A DNA stretch of 64,000 nucleotides, taken from NCBI GenBank assembly GCA_947038565.1, contig CAMQWP010000006.1, forward strand, positions 27,504 through 91,503, read 5' to 3'. Shown in pieces: positions 15,400-27,660 of the stretch (positions are counted from its first letter, which is position 1; every line of letters starts with the position of its first letter). This stretch comes from an uncultured Clostridia bacterium. GTDB taxonomy: Bacteria > Bacillota > Clostridia > Christensenellales > UBA3700. The notes under the pieces were generated by a model, which was given only the letters and a program-made list of their open reading frames with translations, searched no databases and was not told where the DNA came from. Both the position numbers and the translations under genes were made by a program.

Positions 15400-18273
15400 T
15401 TATTTTTTAGAAGACTTTTTGAAGAAGTTTATGATGTTGTTAAAAGCATCGTCAGACTCGCCCTTTTTGTCTTTTTTCTCATTGTATTGCTTTAGCACTT
15501 CTTTTATATCATTTTCTTCGTTCTTGATATATTCGATGTCTATCTTTGATTGTTTTCTAAGTTCGATAAGCTCTTCTTTAGTACTAGACTTGATGTCATT
15601 AATACTGTTTTTAAGCTGTTCGATGTATGCAACATGATGTCCGATGTATTTATCAGCTTCATCGTATCTCTTGCTTTCTTTTAGTAACTTAGTCAACTCG
15701 TCAAGCTCTTCTTTAAGTCTATCAATAGCAGCTTTCTTCTCTGAAATAAGTTCATCACGCTCTTGTTTCATTTTTCGCTCTTCATCTTTAGTCTTGTTTT
15801 TCTCAGCTTTAATACGGTTGTCTTGGTTTATTATTTTAACGTTTTTAAGAGTCTTGATAAGTCCCTTGAATAACTTGAATAATCCCTTTATTCTATGCTT
15901 ATTACCCCATAGAATAATACCTTCAGCAACTATATGGTCAAGTATACCTGAAGTAACTCCGCTAAGACCACGCATTGGCATTTCAGTAAAGCCTTGTTGT
16001 ATCATTAGCATCGTTGTCATGTCAACATCAGGCATTTGGCTTTTGATTACTGATGGAGCAAACTTCAAGAATATCTTGCCGATAATACAGCATTCTAATT
16101 CGCCGATAGTAGTATTTAAATCGAAATCGCCACGTTTAGTAGCTTGATTAGGAGGTAAGTCAATGCCGTAAATAGCATGAAACTCTTCAGTCGGTATTTC
16201 TGTTGCAGTAGGCAAGTTATAATAACTTGGAGCTATATCTCTAAGATCTGTATGCACAGCACCAGAAGTATCAGTAACATTAATGATCGAATTAAGTTTG
16301 ATGTCTCTACTTGATGATCCTACAAGTATTTCAAAGTCGCCACTTTCTACTGTCCAGTCTTTTGCACCTACATTGTAATATGCAAAACTTCTCTTATCTA
16401 GAGTAATTGTAACTGTTGCAGAGTTTCCAGCTCTTATAAATACTTTCTTAAATCCTTTTAACTCTTTATCAGGGCGGTGGATTGAAGACACTAGATCACG
16501 AACGTATAACTGAGTTACCTCAGCACCGTCAATCTTGCCAGTGTTTGTAACTTTAAATGTAACGTCAACGCTATCAGTATCATTGATTTCACTCTTTGAC
16601 ACTTTAATATCAGTGTACTCGAAAGTAGTATAGCTTAGTCCATAACCGAACGGGAACAATACTTCTTTTTGTGCAGTATCATAATACTTGTAACCAACAT
16701 ATACACTCTCTCTATGTTCTGTAGTTCTAGGGCCACCACTATAGTATTGGCTACCGATGAAGTCACTAATTTTATTAGGATAAGTCTCAGCTAGCTTACC
16801 GCTTGGGTTAACTATACCATAGATTATATCAGCAATTGCTTCTCCCGCAGCTTCGCCTGGAAGGTAAGCGTTAATAAGCGTGTTTACTTTATCTAGCCAT
16901 GGCATTTCGACAGGTGATCCACCTAATAATACTACCACTACATTTTTATTAACAGCACTTACTGCCTCGATCAGTTCGGTGTGGCTCTTAGGTATGTTAA
17001 GATCAGTTCTATCGTATCCTTCGCACTCATAAGAATCGGTAAGTCCAGCGAATATAATAACTTTTCCGCCTAACTTTGCAGCCTCGACAGCGTCATTGAA
17101 TAAATCTTTATCATGACCCTCATTTGAAAGCCTGTAACCCTCTTTAAATACATAATTTAGATTGTGTGACTCAAGATAGCTTTTAAAACTTACTAAGTTG
17201 TAAGGATTTATTCTAGAGCTACCAGCACCTTGATAACGAATAGTATCTGCCATACTTCCGATAACAGTGATTTGCTCAGAGTAATCAATAGGTAGTAGAT
17301 TGTTATCATTCTTAAGTAGTATAATAGATTCATCAGCTACTTTTCTAGCTAGATTATGACCGTTACGATAGTTGTAGAAATATCCAGGGTCCTTGACTTT
17401 TTCAGCACGGTAGATAAGAGTAAGAAGTCTTGTAACTACTTCATCTAAATCAGCCTCTAGAAGATCACCATCAAATACTGCTTTAACAATCTGCTTGTCA
17501 GTACGTCCGCCGCTGCTTGGCATCTCAAGATCCATGCCAGCCTTGATACCATCAACACGATCATTTACAGCATTCCAGTCAGAGACAACGATGCCTTTAT
17601 AACCCCATTCTTTACGAAGTATATCATTTAGAAGGTATTTGTTGTCAGAGCTATATACGCCATTAATACGGTTATAGCTACACATTAAACTAGAAGGTGA
17701 GCTATTTTTAACAGCAAGTTCGAAAGGTATTAAATACAACTCGCGAAGAGTACGCTCGTCTACAACAGAATTGATAGTCATACGTTGGAATTCTTGATTG
17801 TTTACAGCGAAATGCTTTAAAGAAGTGCCTACACCCATAGACTCAACGCCATTGATATAGTCGATACACATCTTACCAGAAAGAAAAGGATCTTCTGAGA
17901 AATACTCAAAGTTACGTCCGCATAGTGGTGAACGCTTGATATTTGTGCCAGGGCCAAGGATGACCTCTATTTGTTGGTTAATGCATTGCTCAGCAATAGC
18001 TTGACCCACACGACCTACAAGCTCTGGATTCCATGTGCTAGCCATATTGACTGCTGGAGGGAAACTTGTAGCAGGGAAACTATTTTTTAATGCAATATTA
18101 TCAGCCTCGTCATTGTTCTCCTTGCGAAGACCGTGAGGGCCGTCTGACATCATAATAGAAGGGATGTTTAGTCTTGCGATAGGTTTAGTGTTCCAAAAGT
18201 CAAGACCGCTACATAAAGAAGCTTTTTCAAAAAGAGTCATCTCTTTTAGTTTTTGTTCGATTTTATTTTGCAT
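15400..18273 (-). CDS. GH3 beta-glucosidase with a C-terminal Lys/Glu-rich coiled-coil extension
   Basis: GH3 motifs SDGPHGLRK and the nucleophile context KGIVVSDWNAV, plus an FnIII-like domain (TQLYVRD...LKGFKKV). The likely start is MQNKIEQKL (complement of 18271-18273) after GGAGGA. No signal peptide. The last 170 aa or so are heptad-like and K/E-rich. Confidence 0.9.
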   Translation of the reverse strand: MQNKIEQKLKEMTLFEKASLCSGLDFWNTKPIARLNIPSIMMSDGPHGLRKENNDEADNIALKNSFPATSFPPAVNMASTWNPELVGRVGQAIAEQCINQQIEVILGPGTNIKRSPLCGRNFEYFSEDPFLSGKMCIDYINGVESMGVGTSLKHFAVNNQEFQRMTINSVVDERTLRELYLIPFELAVKNSSPSSLMCSYNRINGVYSSDNKYLLNDILRKEWGYKGIVVSDWNAVNDRVDGIKAGMDLEMPSSGGRTDKQIVKAVFDGDLLEADLDEVVTRLLTLIYRAEKVKDPGYFYNYRNGHNLARKVADESIILLKNDNNLLPIDYSEQITVIGSMADTIRYQGAGSSRINPYNLVSFKSYLESHNLNYVFKEGYRLSNEGHDKDLFNDAVEAAKLGGKVIIFAGLTDSYECEGYDRTDLNIPKSHTELIEAVSAVNKNVVVVLLGGSPVEMPWLDKVNTLINAYLPGEAAGEAIADIIYGIVNPSGKLAETYPNKISDFIGSQYYSGGPRTTEHRESVYVGYKYYDTAQKEVLFPFGYGLSYTTFEYTDIKVSKSEINDTDSVDVTFKVTNTGKIDGAEVTQLYVRDLVSSIHRPDKELKGFKKVFIRAGNSATVTITLDKRSFAYYNVGAKDWTVESGDFEILVGSSSRDIKLNSIINVTDTSGAVHTDLRDIAPSYYNLPTATEIPTEEFHAIYGIDLPPNQATKRGDFDLNTTIGELECCIIGKIFLKFAPSVIKSQMPDVDMTTMLMIQQGFTEMPMRGLSGVTSGILDHIVAEGIILWGNKHRIKGLFKLFKGLIKTLKNVKIINQDNRIKAEKNKTKDEERKMKQERDELISEKKAAIDRLKEELDELTKLLKESKRYDEADKYIGHHVAYIEQLKNSINDIKSSTKEELIELRKQSKIDIEYIKNEENDIKEVLKQYNEKKDKKGESDDAFNNIINFFKKSSKK

Positions 18274-18413
18274 TTTTTCCTCCAAAATGTTGAAAAATAT
18301 TTTACCATTACCATTATAATAACATATAACCAATTATATGTCCATAGTATAATAAGAAAAATATTATTTAATTATAAATTTTTTTATATTATTTGCAAGT
18401 TTGCTTAAATTAG

Positions 18414-18442
18414 TTGACTTTTTAACTGTTTTTGACTACAAT
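18414..18442 (+). promoter_or_regulatory. Candidate sigma-A promoter of guaB
   Basis: TTGACT (18414-18419), a 17-nt spacer, then TACAAT (18437-18442). Confidence 0.5.
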
Positions 18443-18460
18443 GTATAAAACTAATTATAA

Positions 18461-19930
<1,470 letters not shown>

Positions 19931-20039
19931 TAGTATACGGATTAATATATAAGGTGAATTGATTATATATCTTTCACATGTCGATCTAGGCATGAGTGAC
20001 TGATGTGTTATTGAATTTGCACTATCAAAAAAATTAAAT

Positions 20040-20082
20040 GTCATTGCTTTCTGATTACTAAGACGAAGCAATGACTTTTTTT
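20040..20082 (+). terminator. Rho-independent terminator after guaB
   Basis: GTCATTGCTT, a 16-nt loop, AAGCAATGAC, then T7. Confidence 0.8.
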
Positions 20083-20197
20083 GTCCAAATTATTTAAAAA
20101 AAATTATTATTTAATTTAATCATAGCTAATATTGTGTCATATATTGATATTTTACTATTAATAATAAGCTATTTTACATTAATATCATTAGTTGAGG

Positions 20198-20226
20198 TTG
20201 ATTTTTGAATAAATATAGTATATAAT
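20198..20226 (+). promoter_or_regulatory. Candidate sigma-A promoter of the 20335-21303 gene pair
   Basis: TTGATT (20198-20203), a 17-nt spacer, then TATAAT (20221-20226). This leaves a leader of about 100 nt. Confidence 0.5.
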
Positions 20227-20334
20227 TAATATGTATAATTCTATTATTACTTAATAGGCGTGCTTTATGCATATTGTTAGCTTGTTGTATTAGATATGTG
20301 CTTTATAAGTTTATAGCAGGATAAGGAGATAATT

Positions 20335-20925
20335 ATGCTAGAAAAAAAAGTTATAGTGATTATGCTTGCATTAAGTGAGCTTGCTAGTGATAAATTCGTA
20401 ATATTAGAAAAGGTAGAGATTTTGGATGCCGCACAAGGCGATAGTGTTTCTATGACTGACATGGAAGAGGTTATGTCTTACATAAAAGCCGAGAAATTAA
20501 TATGCATAAAATACCAAGATGATGAAGAGTATTGCATGGCTATTACTCAAAAAGGAATTGATACCATATCAGATATAAAAAGAAAGATCGCAGAAAAAAA
20601 AGAAGAGCAGGAGCTTATTGCTAAAAATAAAGAGTTGTTAGCTAAGCAACAGCTAGAAAAATTGCAATCAAGAAAACTTATTCGCAGAGGCAAAGTTTTA
20701 GATCAATTACCTAATAACGTTGATGAAGAAATGGCTGATGATTACATGCCAGAGAGTTTGGACGAGCTTGCTTTAGTCGAAAATGTCGAAGTTGCTCCGC
20801 CTCTTCAGGTCATAGCAAAGTCTATTGGCAAAGTCAAGGTATTCTTGTACGGTTTGTTCGGTGGGTTAATTGGTGGTGGTATTTCTGTAACCACTGCAAT
20901 ACTAGTAGAGATGTTTTTATTATAA
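20335..20925 (+). CDS. Hypothetical membrane-anchored protein: N-terminal winged-helix-like module, coiled coil, acidic linker and C-terminal TM
   Basis: AAGGAG Shine-Dalgarno site. The N-terminal 80 aa or so end in ...YCMAITQKGIDTI. A K/E/Q-rich helix and an acidic stretch follow, and the protein ends in the Gly-rich TM VFLYGLFGGLIGGGISVTTAILVEMF. Confidence 0.55.
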   Translation: MLEKKVIVIMLALSELASDKFVILEKVEILDAAQGDSVSMTDMEEVMSYIKAEKLICIKYQDDEEYCMAITQKGIDTISDIKRKIAEKKEEQELIAKNKELLAKQQLEKLQSRKLIRRGKVLDQLPNNVDEEMADDYMPESLDELALVENVEVAPPLQVIAKSIGKVKVFLYGLFGGLIGGGISVTTAILVEMFLL

Positions 20926-20937
20926 TTAGGAGAATAT

Positions 20938-21303
20938 ATGCTAAGTAGAAAAGAAAAAGTAGTTATGAAGTCTGTATATTATGAAGCAATTAAGAAAAAC
21001 GGTATATGTTTAATGCGTCCTATAGACGTGCTAAGTAATATAACTTCAAAAGTGGAAATAACTTCTAGTGAAGTAGGCGAGATTATCAAGGCTCTTGAGC
21101 TTGATGATTATTTTGAGATGCTAGAGACTAGTAAAAAGGGCGAGACAGTATGGTGCTTTACTCTACATCAGAAAGGTAATGCTTTTTACCGTGAGATATT
21201 AAGCGAAAAGCGTCTTATTTATTTTAAGATATCATTATCAGTTGCTGTTGCGATAGGTATATTCTTCTTTAAACTTATACTTGATGCCATAGCTGGTAAT
21301 TAA
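20938..21303 (+). CDS. Hypothetical membrane-anchored protein, apparently a shorter paralogue of the preceding gene
   Basis: AGGAG Shine-Dalgarno site, 12 nt after the previous stop. The N-terminal module ends ...WCFTLHQKGNAFY, and the C-terminal TM is ISLSVAVAIGIFFFKLILDAI. Confidence 0.55.
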   Translation: MLSRKEKVVMKSVYYEAIKKNGICLMRPIDVLSNITSKVEITSSEVGEIIKALELDDYFEMLETSKKGETVWCFTLHQKGNAFYREILSEKRLIYFKISLSVAVAIGIFFFKLILDAIAGN

Positions 21304-21341
21304 TATCTATAAAAAATAATCAATATTTAAAAAAATAATAT

Positions 21342-21377
21342 AACATGATGATGTATGTAATATGTTATCATGTTTTT
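21342..21377 (+). terminator. Possible terminator after the gene pair
   Basis: AACATGAT, a 17-nt loop, ATCATGTT, then a T-run. The large loop makes it a weak call. Confidence 0.4.
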
Positions 21378-21439
21378 GCTAATAATAGCATTGTTAATAG
21401 TTTTTTAATCAAAAAACATCTATATTAAAGATAAAAGGA

Positions 21440-23407
21440 GTGCATGTGGATCATTTTGAATTAGTAAGTAAATATAGTCCATGTGGCGATCAGCCTGACG
21501 CGATACAGTCGCTTACTGATGGTATTGATGATGGACTTAGGACTCAAGTATTGCTAGGTGTGACTGGTAGTGGTAAAACTTTCACGATGGCAAATGTCAT
21601 CAATAATGTAAATAAACCTACTATTGTGATAGCTCATAACAAGACTCTTGCCGCTCAATTGTGTAATGAGTTTAGGGAATTCTTCCCTAATAACGCTGTT
21701 GAGTATTTTGTATCATACTATGATTATTTTCAACCTGAGGCATACATTCCTCGGTCAGATACTTATATAGAAAAAGAATTGCAGATAAATGATGAGATAG
21801 ATAAACTTCGACATTCCGCAACTTCTAGTTTGTCTGAGAGACGTGATGTGATAGCGGTATGTTCGGTGTCTTGTATATATGGACTTGGTGCACCGCTTGA
21901 GTATTATAATATGGCTCTCTCTCTTCGTCCAGGCATGCAAATAGATAGGGATATCCTAATCGCTAAGTTAGTTGAGATACAGTATAAGCGATCTGATCTG
22001 GATTTTGCACGTTCTACTTTTAGAGTTCGTGGCGATGTCGTTGAGATAATGCCGGCTGATAATAACGAATCAGGTATTAGAGTTGAGCTTTTTGGTGACG
22101 AGGTAGAAAGGATCACGGAGTTTGATCCGCTAACGTCTAAAGCACTAAATATATTAGGTCATGTAAATATATTCCCAGCATCGCATTACGTTGTAAATAG
22201 CGTGACAATGGAAGCCTCGCTTGCAAGAATTGGTTCAGATATGTTGGAGCAAGTAGCAAACTTCGAGGCGAAAGGTCAATTAATCGAGGCTCAACGAATA
22301 AAAGAACGAGTAAGTTACGACTTAGAAATGATGCGTGAGATGGGGTATTGTAACGGCATTGAGAATTATTCTAGGTATTTTGATGGCAGAGTGCCGGGAC
22401 AAATGCCATATACTTTATTGGACTTCTTTGGTGATGATTTTCTAATGATTATTGATGAGTCGCATATCACTCTTCCTCAAATACGAGCGATGTTTAACGG
22501 AGATAAGGCTAGAAAGAAAAACCTTATAGAATACGGCTTTAGACTACCTTCGGCTTATGATAATAGACCTCTAGCATTTGAAGAATTTGACACTAAGATA
22601 AAACAGCTTGTGTGCGTATCAGCAACGCCTGCGGTGTATGAAATGAATCTCGCAGATAATGTAGCGGAGCAAGTAATAAGACCTACAGGTCTATTAGATC
22701 CAAATATCGAAGTAAGACCGATAGACGGGCAAATAGACGACTTATTATCAGAGATACACCGTGTTACTGACGCTGGATTTAGAGTGCTAGTGACGACTCT
22801 TACAAAGAAAATGAGTGAGTCGCTTACTACCTATCTTAAGGAGCATGGAGTAAAGGTAAACTACATGCATTCGGAGATAGATACGCTAGATAGAATAGAT
22901 ATCATAAATGGACTTAGAAAAGGCGAGTATGATGTATTAGTCGGCATAAACCTTCTTCGTGAGGGGCTTGACTTACCAGAAGTACAGTTAGTCGCGATAC
23001 TTGACGCGGACAAGGAAGGCTTTTTACGGTCGCAGTCTGCACTGATACAAACAATAGGACGTGCTGCTCGTAATCAAGACGGAAGGGTTATAATGTATGC
23101 GAATAGGATCACTGATAGTATGAAGTATGCTATAAGCGAAACTGAGCGACGCAGGAAAATCCAAGATGATTATAATATATTACATGGAATAACGCCTACA
23201 ACTATTGTCAAAGATATAGTTAATACACTTGAGATTACTAAGAAGATAGAAGGCACAGAAGTAAAGAAAAAAACTGCTAAAGATGCTAAAAAAGAGATAG
23301 AAATACTAAAAAGCCGTATGGCTATCGCGTCTAGTAAGCTAGATTTTGAGACTGCTATCAAGTGTAGAGAAGCAATAAGCGAGTTGAAAAAACAATTAAA
23401 AGCATAA
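21440..23407 (+). CDS. uvrB: Excinuclease ABC subunit B
   Basis: GDQPDAI, the Walker A motif GVTGSGKTF, helicase motifs, and a C-terminal UVR domain. The start is GTG 21440 or, given AGGAG at 21436-21440, more likely GTG 21446. Confidence 0.97.
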   Translation: MHVDHFELVSKYSPCGDQPDAIQSLTDGIDDGLRTQVLLGVTGSGKTFTMANVINNVNKPTIVIAHNKTLAAQLCNEFREFFPNNAVEYFVSYYDYFQPEAYIPRSDTYIEKELQINDEIDKLRHSATSSLSERRDVIAVCSVSCIYGLGAPLEYYNMALSLRPGMQIDRDILIAKLVEIQYKRSDLDFARSTFRVRGDVVEIMPADNNESGIRVELFGDEVERITEFDPLTSKALNILGHVNIFPASHYVVNSVTMEASLARIGSDMLEQVANFEAKGQLIEAQRIKERVSYDLEMMREMGYCNGIENYSRYFDGRVPGQMPYTLLDFFGDDFLMIIDESHITLPQIRAMFNGDKARKKNLIEYGFRLPSAYDNRPLAFEEFDTKIKQLVCVSATPAVYEMNLADNVAEQVIRPTGLLDPNIEVRPIDGQIDDLLSEIHRVTDAGFRVLVTTLTKKMSESLTTYLKEHGVKVNYMHSEIDTLDRIDIINGLRKGEYDVLVGINLLREGLDLPEVQLVAILDADKEGFLRSQSALIQTIGRAARNQDGRVIMYANRITDSMKYAISETERRRKIQDDYNILHGITPTTIVKDIVNTLEITKKIEGTEVKKKTAKDAKKEIEILKSRMAIASSKLDFETAIKCREAISELKKQLKA

Positions 23408-23505
23408 GATAATATATCTATTGGTTATAGCTTATAGATTAATATCAATATTAAACTACTTTATATGACATAGAGTTATATTTTAACGTTTATAAATGGA
23501 GTGTT

Positions 23506-26319
23506 ATGATAGAAGAAATTTACGTAAAAGGTGCAAAAGTTCATAATCTAAAAAACATTGATGTGAAAATACCACGTAATAAGTTAGTAGTACTTACTGG
23601 AGTATCAGGCTCGGGTAAGTCTTCGCTTGCGTTTGATACTATTTTTGCGGAGGGTCAAAGGCGATATGTAGAGAGCTTATCATCTTACGCAAGACAGTTT
23701 TTAGGGCAAATGGACAAGCCAGATGTCGAGTTTATAGAAGGACTTTCGCCTGCTATATCTATAGATCAAAAGACTACTTCGCATAATCCACGTTCTACAG
23801 TTGGTACTGTTACAGAGATATATGACTACCTAAGATTGCTATTTGCAAGGGTGGGTGTTCCTCATTGTCCGCAGTGTGGCGATGTTATAGCTCAACAGTC
23901 AGTAGATCAAATAGTCGATAAAGTTTTAGATTATGGAAATGGTGTTAAACTTAAGATCGTCGCTCCAGTAGTTAGGGGTCGAAAGGGTGAGTATACAAAG
24001 ATGCTTGACGGGTTCCGCAAGAGCGGTTATCTTAGAGTTCTGATAGACGGCATTGAGTATATGCTCGATGACGATGATATTCAATTAGATAAGAATTTAA
24101 AGCATTCTATAAGTGTGATAGTGGATAGAATGGTGATTAAAGATAATATTAATAAGCGTCTTGCTGATAGTATTGAGGCTGCAATAAAACTAACAGAAGG
24201 ACTTGTACAAGTTCAAGCGGAGGATAAAGATAATCTTTTCTCTACTAAGTATGCATGCCCGAATTGTGACATAAGTATCGAAGAACTTACGCCACGTATG
24301 TTCAGTTTTAATAGTCCTTTTGGTGCTTGTCCTAAGTGTCATGGATTGGGATTTAATAATGTAATAGATCCTAATAAACTAGTGAAAAACTGGGATCTCA
24401 GCTTAAAACAAGGTGCTATGGAAGTGTCGGGCTGGAATCTTGGCTCTGGCAAAATATCACGCAGTATGATTACTGCCGTAGCTAAAGAGCATGGTTTTAG
24501 TCTGGATACACCAGTTAAAGATTTGCCAAATAAAATAATTGATATCTTGATGTACGGAGATACTAAAGATTATCAAGTAGAGTATACGTCAAATACATTT
24601 GCAGGGTCATTTAATCGTCATTTTGAGGGTATTGCAGCAAATCTAACTAGGCGATATAATGAAACTAGTTCTGACGCAGTCAAAAGCGATATCGAAAAAT
24701 ACATGAAGACGGAGCATTGTGACCTGTGTCACGGTAAAAGACTGAAAAAAGAAGTGCTAATGGTGACAGTGGGCGATAAAAATATCGCTGACATTTGTGC
24801 TACGCCTATTGGTGAGCTTGTGGAGTTCTTTGAGAACTTAAAGTTATCTAATAGGGATATTCAAATCAGTCAACAAATCATTAAAGAGATAAAGGCAAGA
24901 CTTAGCTTTTTGAATAATGTCGGATTAAATTATCTTACACTTTCTAGATCTTCAGCTACTTTATCGGGCGGAGAAGCGCAGCGAATAAGACTTGCAACTC
25001 AGATAGGTAGTGGTCTTACAGGCGTTTTATATATTCTTGATGAGCCTAGTATTGGTCTTCATCAGCGTGATAACGAACGGTTATTGGTGACATTAAAGGC
25101 ATTGCGTGACTTGGGTAATACTCTGATTGTAGTCGAGCATGACGAAGATACTATGCTAAAAGCTGATTATATCATAGATATTGGACCAGAGGCGGGCGTT
25201 CATGGCGGTGAGGTGGTAGCAGAAGGCACTCCTATGGAGATAATGCAGTGTGATGCGTCCATTACGGGTCAGTATATGTCAGGCAAAAAATTTATAGAAG
25301 TACCGTCGACAAGAAGGGAAGGTAATGGTCTAAGTATTACTGTCAAGAAAGCAAATCAAAACAATCTTAAAAACATCACGGTAGAAATACCTTTAGGCAA
25401 ATTCAATGCCGTAACTGGCGTGTCAGGATCGGGAAAAAGTAGCCTTGTAAACGGTATCATATATCCTACACTACAAGCAAAATTGAATAAAGCAAGGGTT
25501 AGGACTACCATTTGTGAAGGCATTGATGGCGTGGAGAACTTAGATAAAGTAATATGTATTGATCAGTCGCCGATAGGTCGTACTCCTAGATCAAACCCTG
25601 CAACGTACACAAATGTATTCACAGCAATTCGAGATCTGTATTCAAATACACCCGAGGCGAAGTCTCGAGGTTACAAAACAGGACGATTTAGCTTTAATGT
25701 ATCGGGTGGTAGATGTGAAAACTGTTCTGGTGATGGAATTATCAAGATAGAAATGCATTTCCTAGCGGATATTTACGTACCATGTGAAGTATGTGGTGGC
25801 AAGCGATATAATAGAGAAACTCTTCAAGTCTTGTACAAAGGCAAGTCGATATATGACGTGCTAGACATGACTGTTGACGAGGCGTGTGTGTTTTTTGAGA
25901 ATCTGCCATCAATTTATAATAAAATTAAGACATTAAAAGAAGTAGGATTAGGTTATATTAAGTTAGGACAGCCTGCAACTACATTGTCAGGAGGCGAAGC
26001 TCAACGAGTAAAACTCGCTACCGAACTTGCAAAGCGTAGTACTGGCAAAACTATATATATCCTTGATGAGCCTACTACGGGTCTTCATACGGCTGATGTA
26101 TCGAAATTGATAAGTATATTAAATAGACTAGTAGATAAGGGTAATACCGTGCTTGTCATAGAGCATAACTTAGACGTCATAAAAGTAGCTGATCATATAA
26201 TTGATATGGGTCCAGAAGGTGGCGATAAAGGTGGTAGAGTAGTAGTCATTGGTACTCCTGAAAAGGTTGCAAAATGTGCTACAAGTCATACAGGAAAGTT
26301 CCTTAAGATGAAGATTTAA
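23506..26319 (+). CDS. uvrA: Excinuclease ABC subunit A
   Basis: Two ABC modules ([10 protein letters not shown] twice, LSGGEAQR twice) and zinc-finger Cys clusters. 937 aa. Confidence 0.97.
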   Translation: MIEEIYVKGAKVHNLKNIDVKIPRNKLVVLTGVSGSGKSSLAFDTIFAEGQRRYVESLSSYARQFLGQMDKPDVEFIEGLSPAISIDQKTTSHNPRSTVGTVTEIYDYLRLLFARVGVPHCPQCGDVIAQQSVDQIVDKVLDYGNGVKLKIVAPVVRGRKGEYTKMLDGFRKSGYLRVLIDGIEYMLDDDDIQLDKNLKHSISVIVDRMVIKDNINKRLADSIEAAIKLTEGLVQVQAEDKDNLFSTKYACPNCDISIEELTPRMFSFNSPFGACPKCHGLGFNNVIDPNKLVKNWDLSLKQGAMEVSGWNLGSGKISRSMITAVAKEHGFSLDTPVKDLPNKIIDILMYGDTKDYQVEYTSNTFAGSFNRHFEGIAANLTRRYNETSSDAVKSDIEKYMKTEHCDLCHGKRLKKEVLMVTVGDKNIADICATPIGELVEFFENLKLSNRDIQISQQIIKEIKARLSFLNNVGLNYLTLSRSSATLSGGEAQRIRLATQIGSGLTGVLYILDEPSIGLHQRDNERLLVTLKALRDLGNTLIVVEHDEDTMLKADYIIDIGPEAGVHGGEVVAEGTPMEIMQCDASITGQYMSGKKFIEVPSTRREGNGLSITVKKANQNNLKNITVEIPLGKFNAVTGVSGSGKSSLVNGIIYPTLQAKLNKARVRTTICEGIDGVENLDKVICIDQSPIGRTPRSNPATYTNVFTAIRDLYSNTPEAKSRGYKTGRFSFNVSGGRCENCSGDGIIKIEMHFLADIYVPCEVCGGKRYNRETLQVLYKGKSIYDVLDMTVDEACVFFENLPSIYNKIKTLKEVGLGYIKLGQPATTLSGGEAQRVKLATELAKRSTGKTIYILDEPTTGLHTADVSKLISILNRLVDKGNTVLVIEHNLDVIKVADHIIDMGPEGGDKGGRVVVIGTPEKVAKCATSHTGKFLKMKI

Positions 26320-26342
26320 TTAGCTTTTAATAGCATGAAATA

Positions 26343-26377
26343 AAGTATGCACACATTTACATGTGTGCATACTTTTT
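26343..26377. terminator. Terminator after uvrA, possibly bidirectional
   Basis: AAGTATGCACACAT-ttac-ATGTGTGCATACTT, followed by a T-run. Confidence 0.85.
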
Positions 26378-26475
26378 ATATATATATCAATATATCATCA
26401 TATCAGCATATGTTATATTTTGCATATGTCGAATGATAGATATATGTTGTTGTACCCGTCCTATGGTTATCGTAT

Positions 26476-26856
26476 TTACATGACATTTTTAAAAGAAAAT
26501 GTTAAAAGATTAACTTTATTTGCTGCGTCTTCTTTTATAAACTCACAAGAGTATATCACGTTATCATACTGCATACTTACTATATATCCATCAAGCTGTG
26601 CGATAAGGACAATTAAGTCTTTTATCTCGTCATGTGGATAAGTTATCTCTAATATATCACGCTTATGTCGCCACCATTCTAATAATTCTTTTCCCTTAAT
26701 AGCTACATCATCATAGTCTTCTGACATAGTTAGTTGTTCGATTTCTACAGTTTTTTCTATCAGCCCGTCAAAGGTGTTGTGCAAATTTACTTGATCTAAT
26801 ACGCCTATTGTTATTATCGATATCAGTATCAAGATTGCAGTTACTATTCTAGCCAT
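26476..26856 (-). CDS. DUF4363 family protein
   Basis: 126 aa with an N-terminal TM, and LLEWWRHKRDILEITYPHDEI is typical of the family. An 8-nt overlap with the upstream DUF421 gene matches the usual pairing. Confidence 0.65.
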   Translation of the reverse strand: MARIVTAILILISIITIGVLDQVNLHNTFDGLIEKTVEIEQLTMSEDYDDVAIKGKELLEWWRHKRDILEITYPHDEIKDLIVLIAQLDGYIVSMQYDNVIYSCEFIKEDAANKVNLLTFSFKNVM

Positions 26857-27559
26857 TATTCACCTCATTCAAGCTCGTAATTATCGACTTACTACCTATC
26901 GGTTGTAGGAATAAATCTCCCTTGTCAGTAACAGTGAGTAGTAATACTTTCTTTTGCTTTAAGTCATGTTTTTCGAGTATTTTCTTCACTGTGTCCGATG
27001 ACATACCAGCAAGTTGCATGTTCTGTGATAACAGCTTTCCTTCACATATTAACATGTACGGCACGCAAGATTGCACTACATCTATATCTATATCATCAGG
27101 CGTTAAAGGGGTCAGTCCCGCTTTAGGTAGGACTGTAAGCTCACCATTTGTTTCTACTATTGCACAGTGTACTTGCGCAGGAGAGAAATATCCCGCACCA
27201 CGTAGTGATTCTAATAGATCATTTATTGTCATGTCTAGCTCGGATATCGTTTTGTAATTAATACCGTTTGAGTCTATTACTACGATCGGTTTGCCATTAA
27301 TCACGCGTCTAAGTCTTATGCTGTGTTTCATTATCTTAGTCAGTACTAGGTGTATTACAAATAACGTTAGTATCGGTACTAGTCCGTATAGGATCGGTAC
27401 TGATGTATCCGACATAGGTATACATGCAAGGTCTGCGGCGATAAGTGTGACAGCGAACTCAAATGGTTGCAGTTCGCCTAGCTGTTTCTTGCCCATGAGC
27501 CTCATGGTTATTAGCAAGAATATATAGATCAATATTGCACGAGTAAATACTATTAACAT
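26849..27559 (-). CDS. DUF421 (YetF/YdfS-like) membrane protein
   Basis: N-terminus RAILIYIFLLITMRLMGKKQLGELQPFEF, plus a C-terminal soluble domain. 236 aa. Confidence 0.8.
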   Translation of the reverse strand: MLIVFTRAILIYIFLLITMRLMGKKQLGELQPFEFAVTLIAADLACIPMSDTSVPILYGLVPILTLFVIHLVLTKIMKHSIRLRRVINGKPIVVIDSNGINYKTISELDMTINDLLESLRGAGYFSPAQVHCAIVETNGELTVLPKAGLTPLTPDDIDIDVVQSCVPYMLICEGKLLSQNMQLAGMSSDTVKKILEKHDLKQKKVLLLTVTDKGDLFLQPIGSKSIITSLNEVNNG

Positions 27560-27660
27560 AGTACTAGTATCAGCAGGTTTATATAAATTATTCGGTATTT
27601 ATGCAATTTTTAGATAATTTTAATAGACTATTATAGTTTTAAACGAAGATAACAAATATA

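Noticed and set aside
15419-16147. Plus-strand ORFs of 72 and 167 aa (15419-15637 and 15644-16147), rich in Ser/Leu/Phe
   Set aside because: They are the antisense shadow of the Lys/Glu-rich coiled-coil tail and C-terminal region of the GH3 gene. AAG/GAA codons read as CTT/TTC on the opposite strand.
20594-20601. A8 homopolymer inside the first wHTH-like gene (and similar A8/T8 runs at 2107-2114 and 34983-34990) as slipped-strand phase-variation switches
   Set aside because: Runs of 8 are common in a genome this AT-rich. They encode Lys runs or form terminator tails, and nothing suggests an alternative frame.
21304-23505. LexA/DinR (Cheo-type GAAC-N4-GTTC) SOS boxes upstream of uvrB and uvrA (and of recN at 43458-43551)
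   Set aside because: I read the three upstream regions and found no GAAC...GTTC dyad. The only palindrome upstream of uvrB (AACATGAT...ATCATGTT) is better explained as the terminator of the preceding gene pair.
26363-26641. 92-aa plus-strand ORF after uvrA
   Set aside because: It starts inside the uvrA terminator hairpin, overlaps the DUF4363 gene in antisense, has no Shine-Dalgarno site, and has Ile/Tyr/Ser-rich low-complexity composition.
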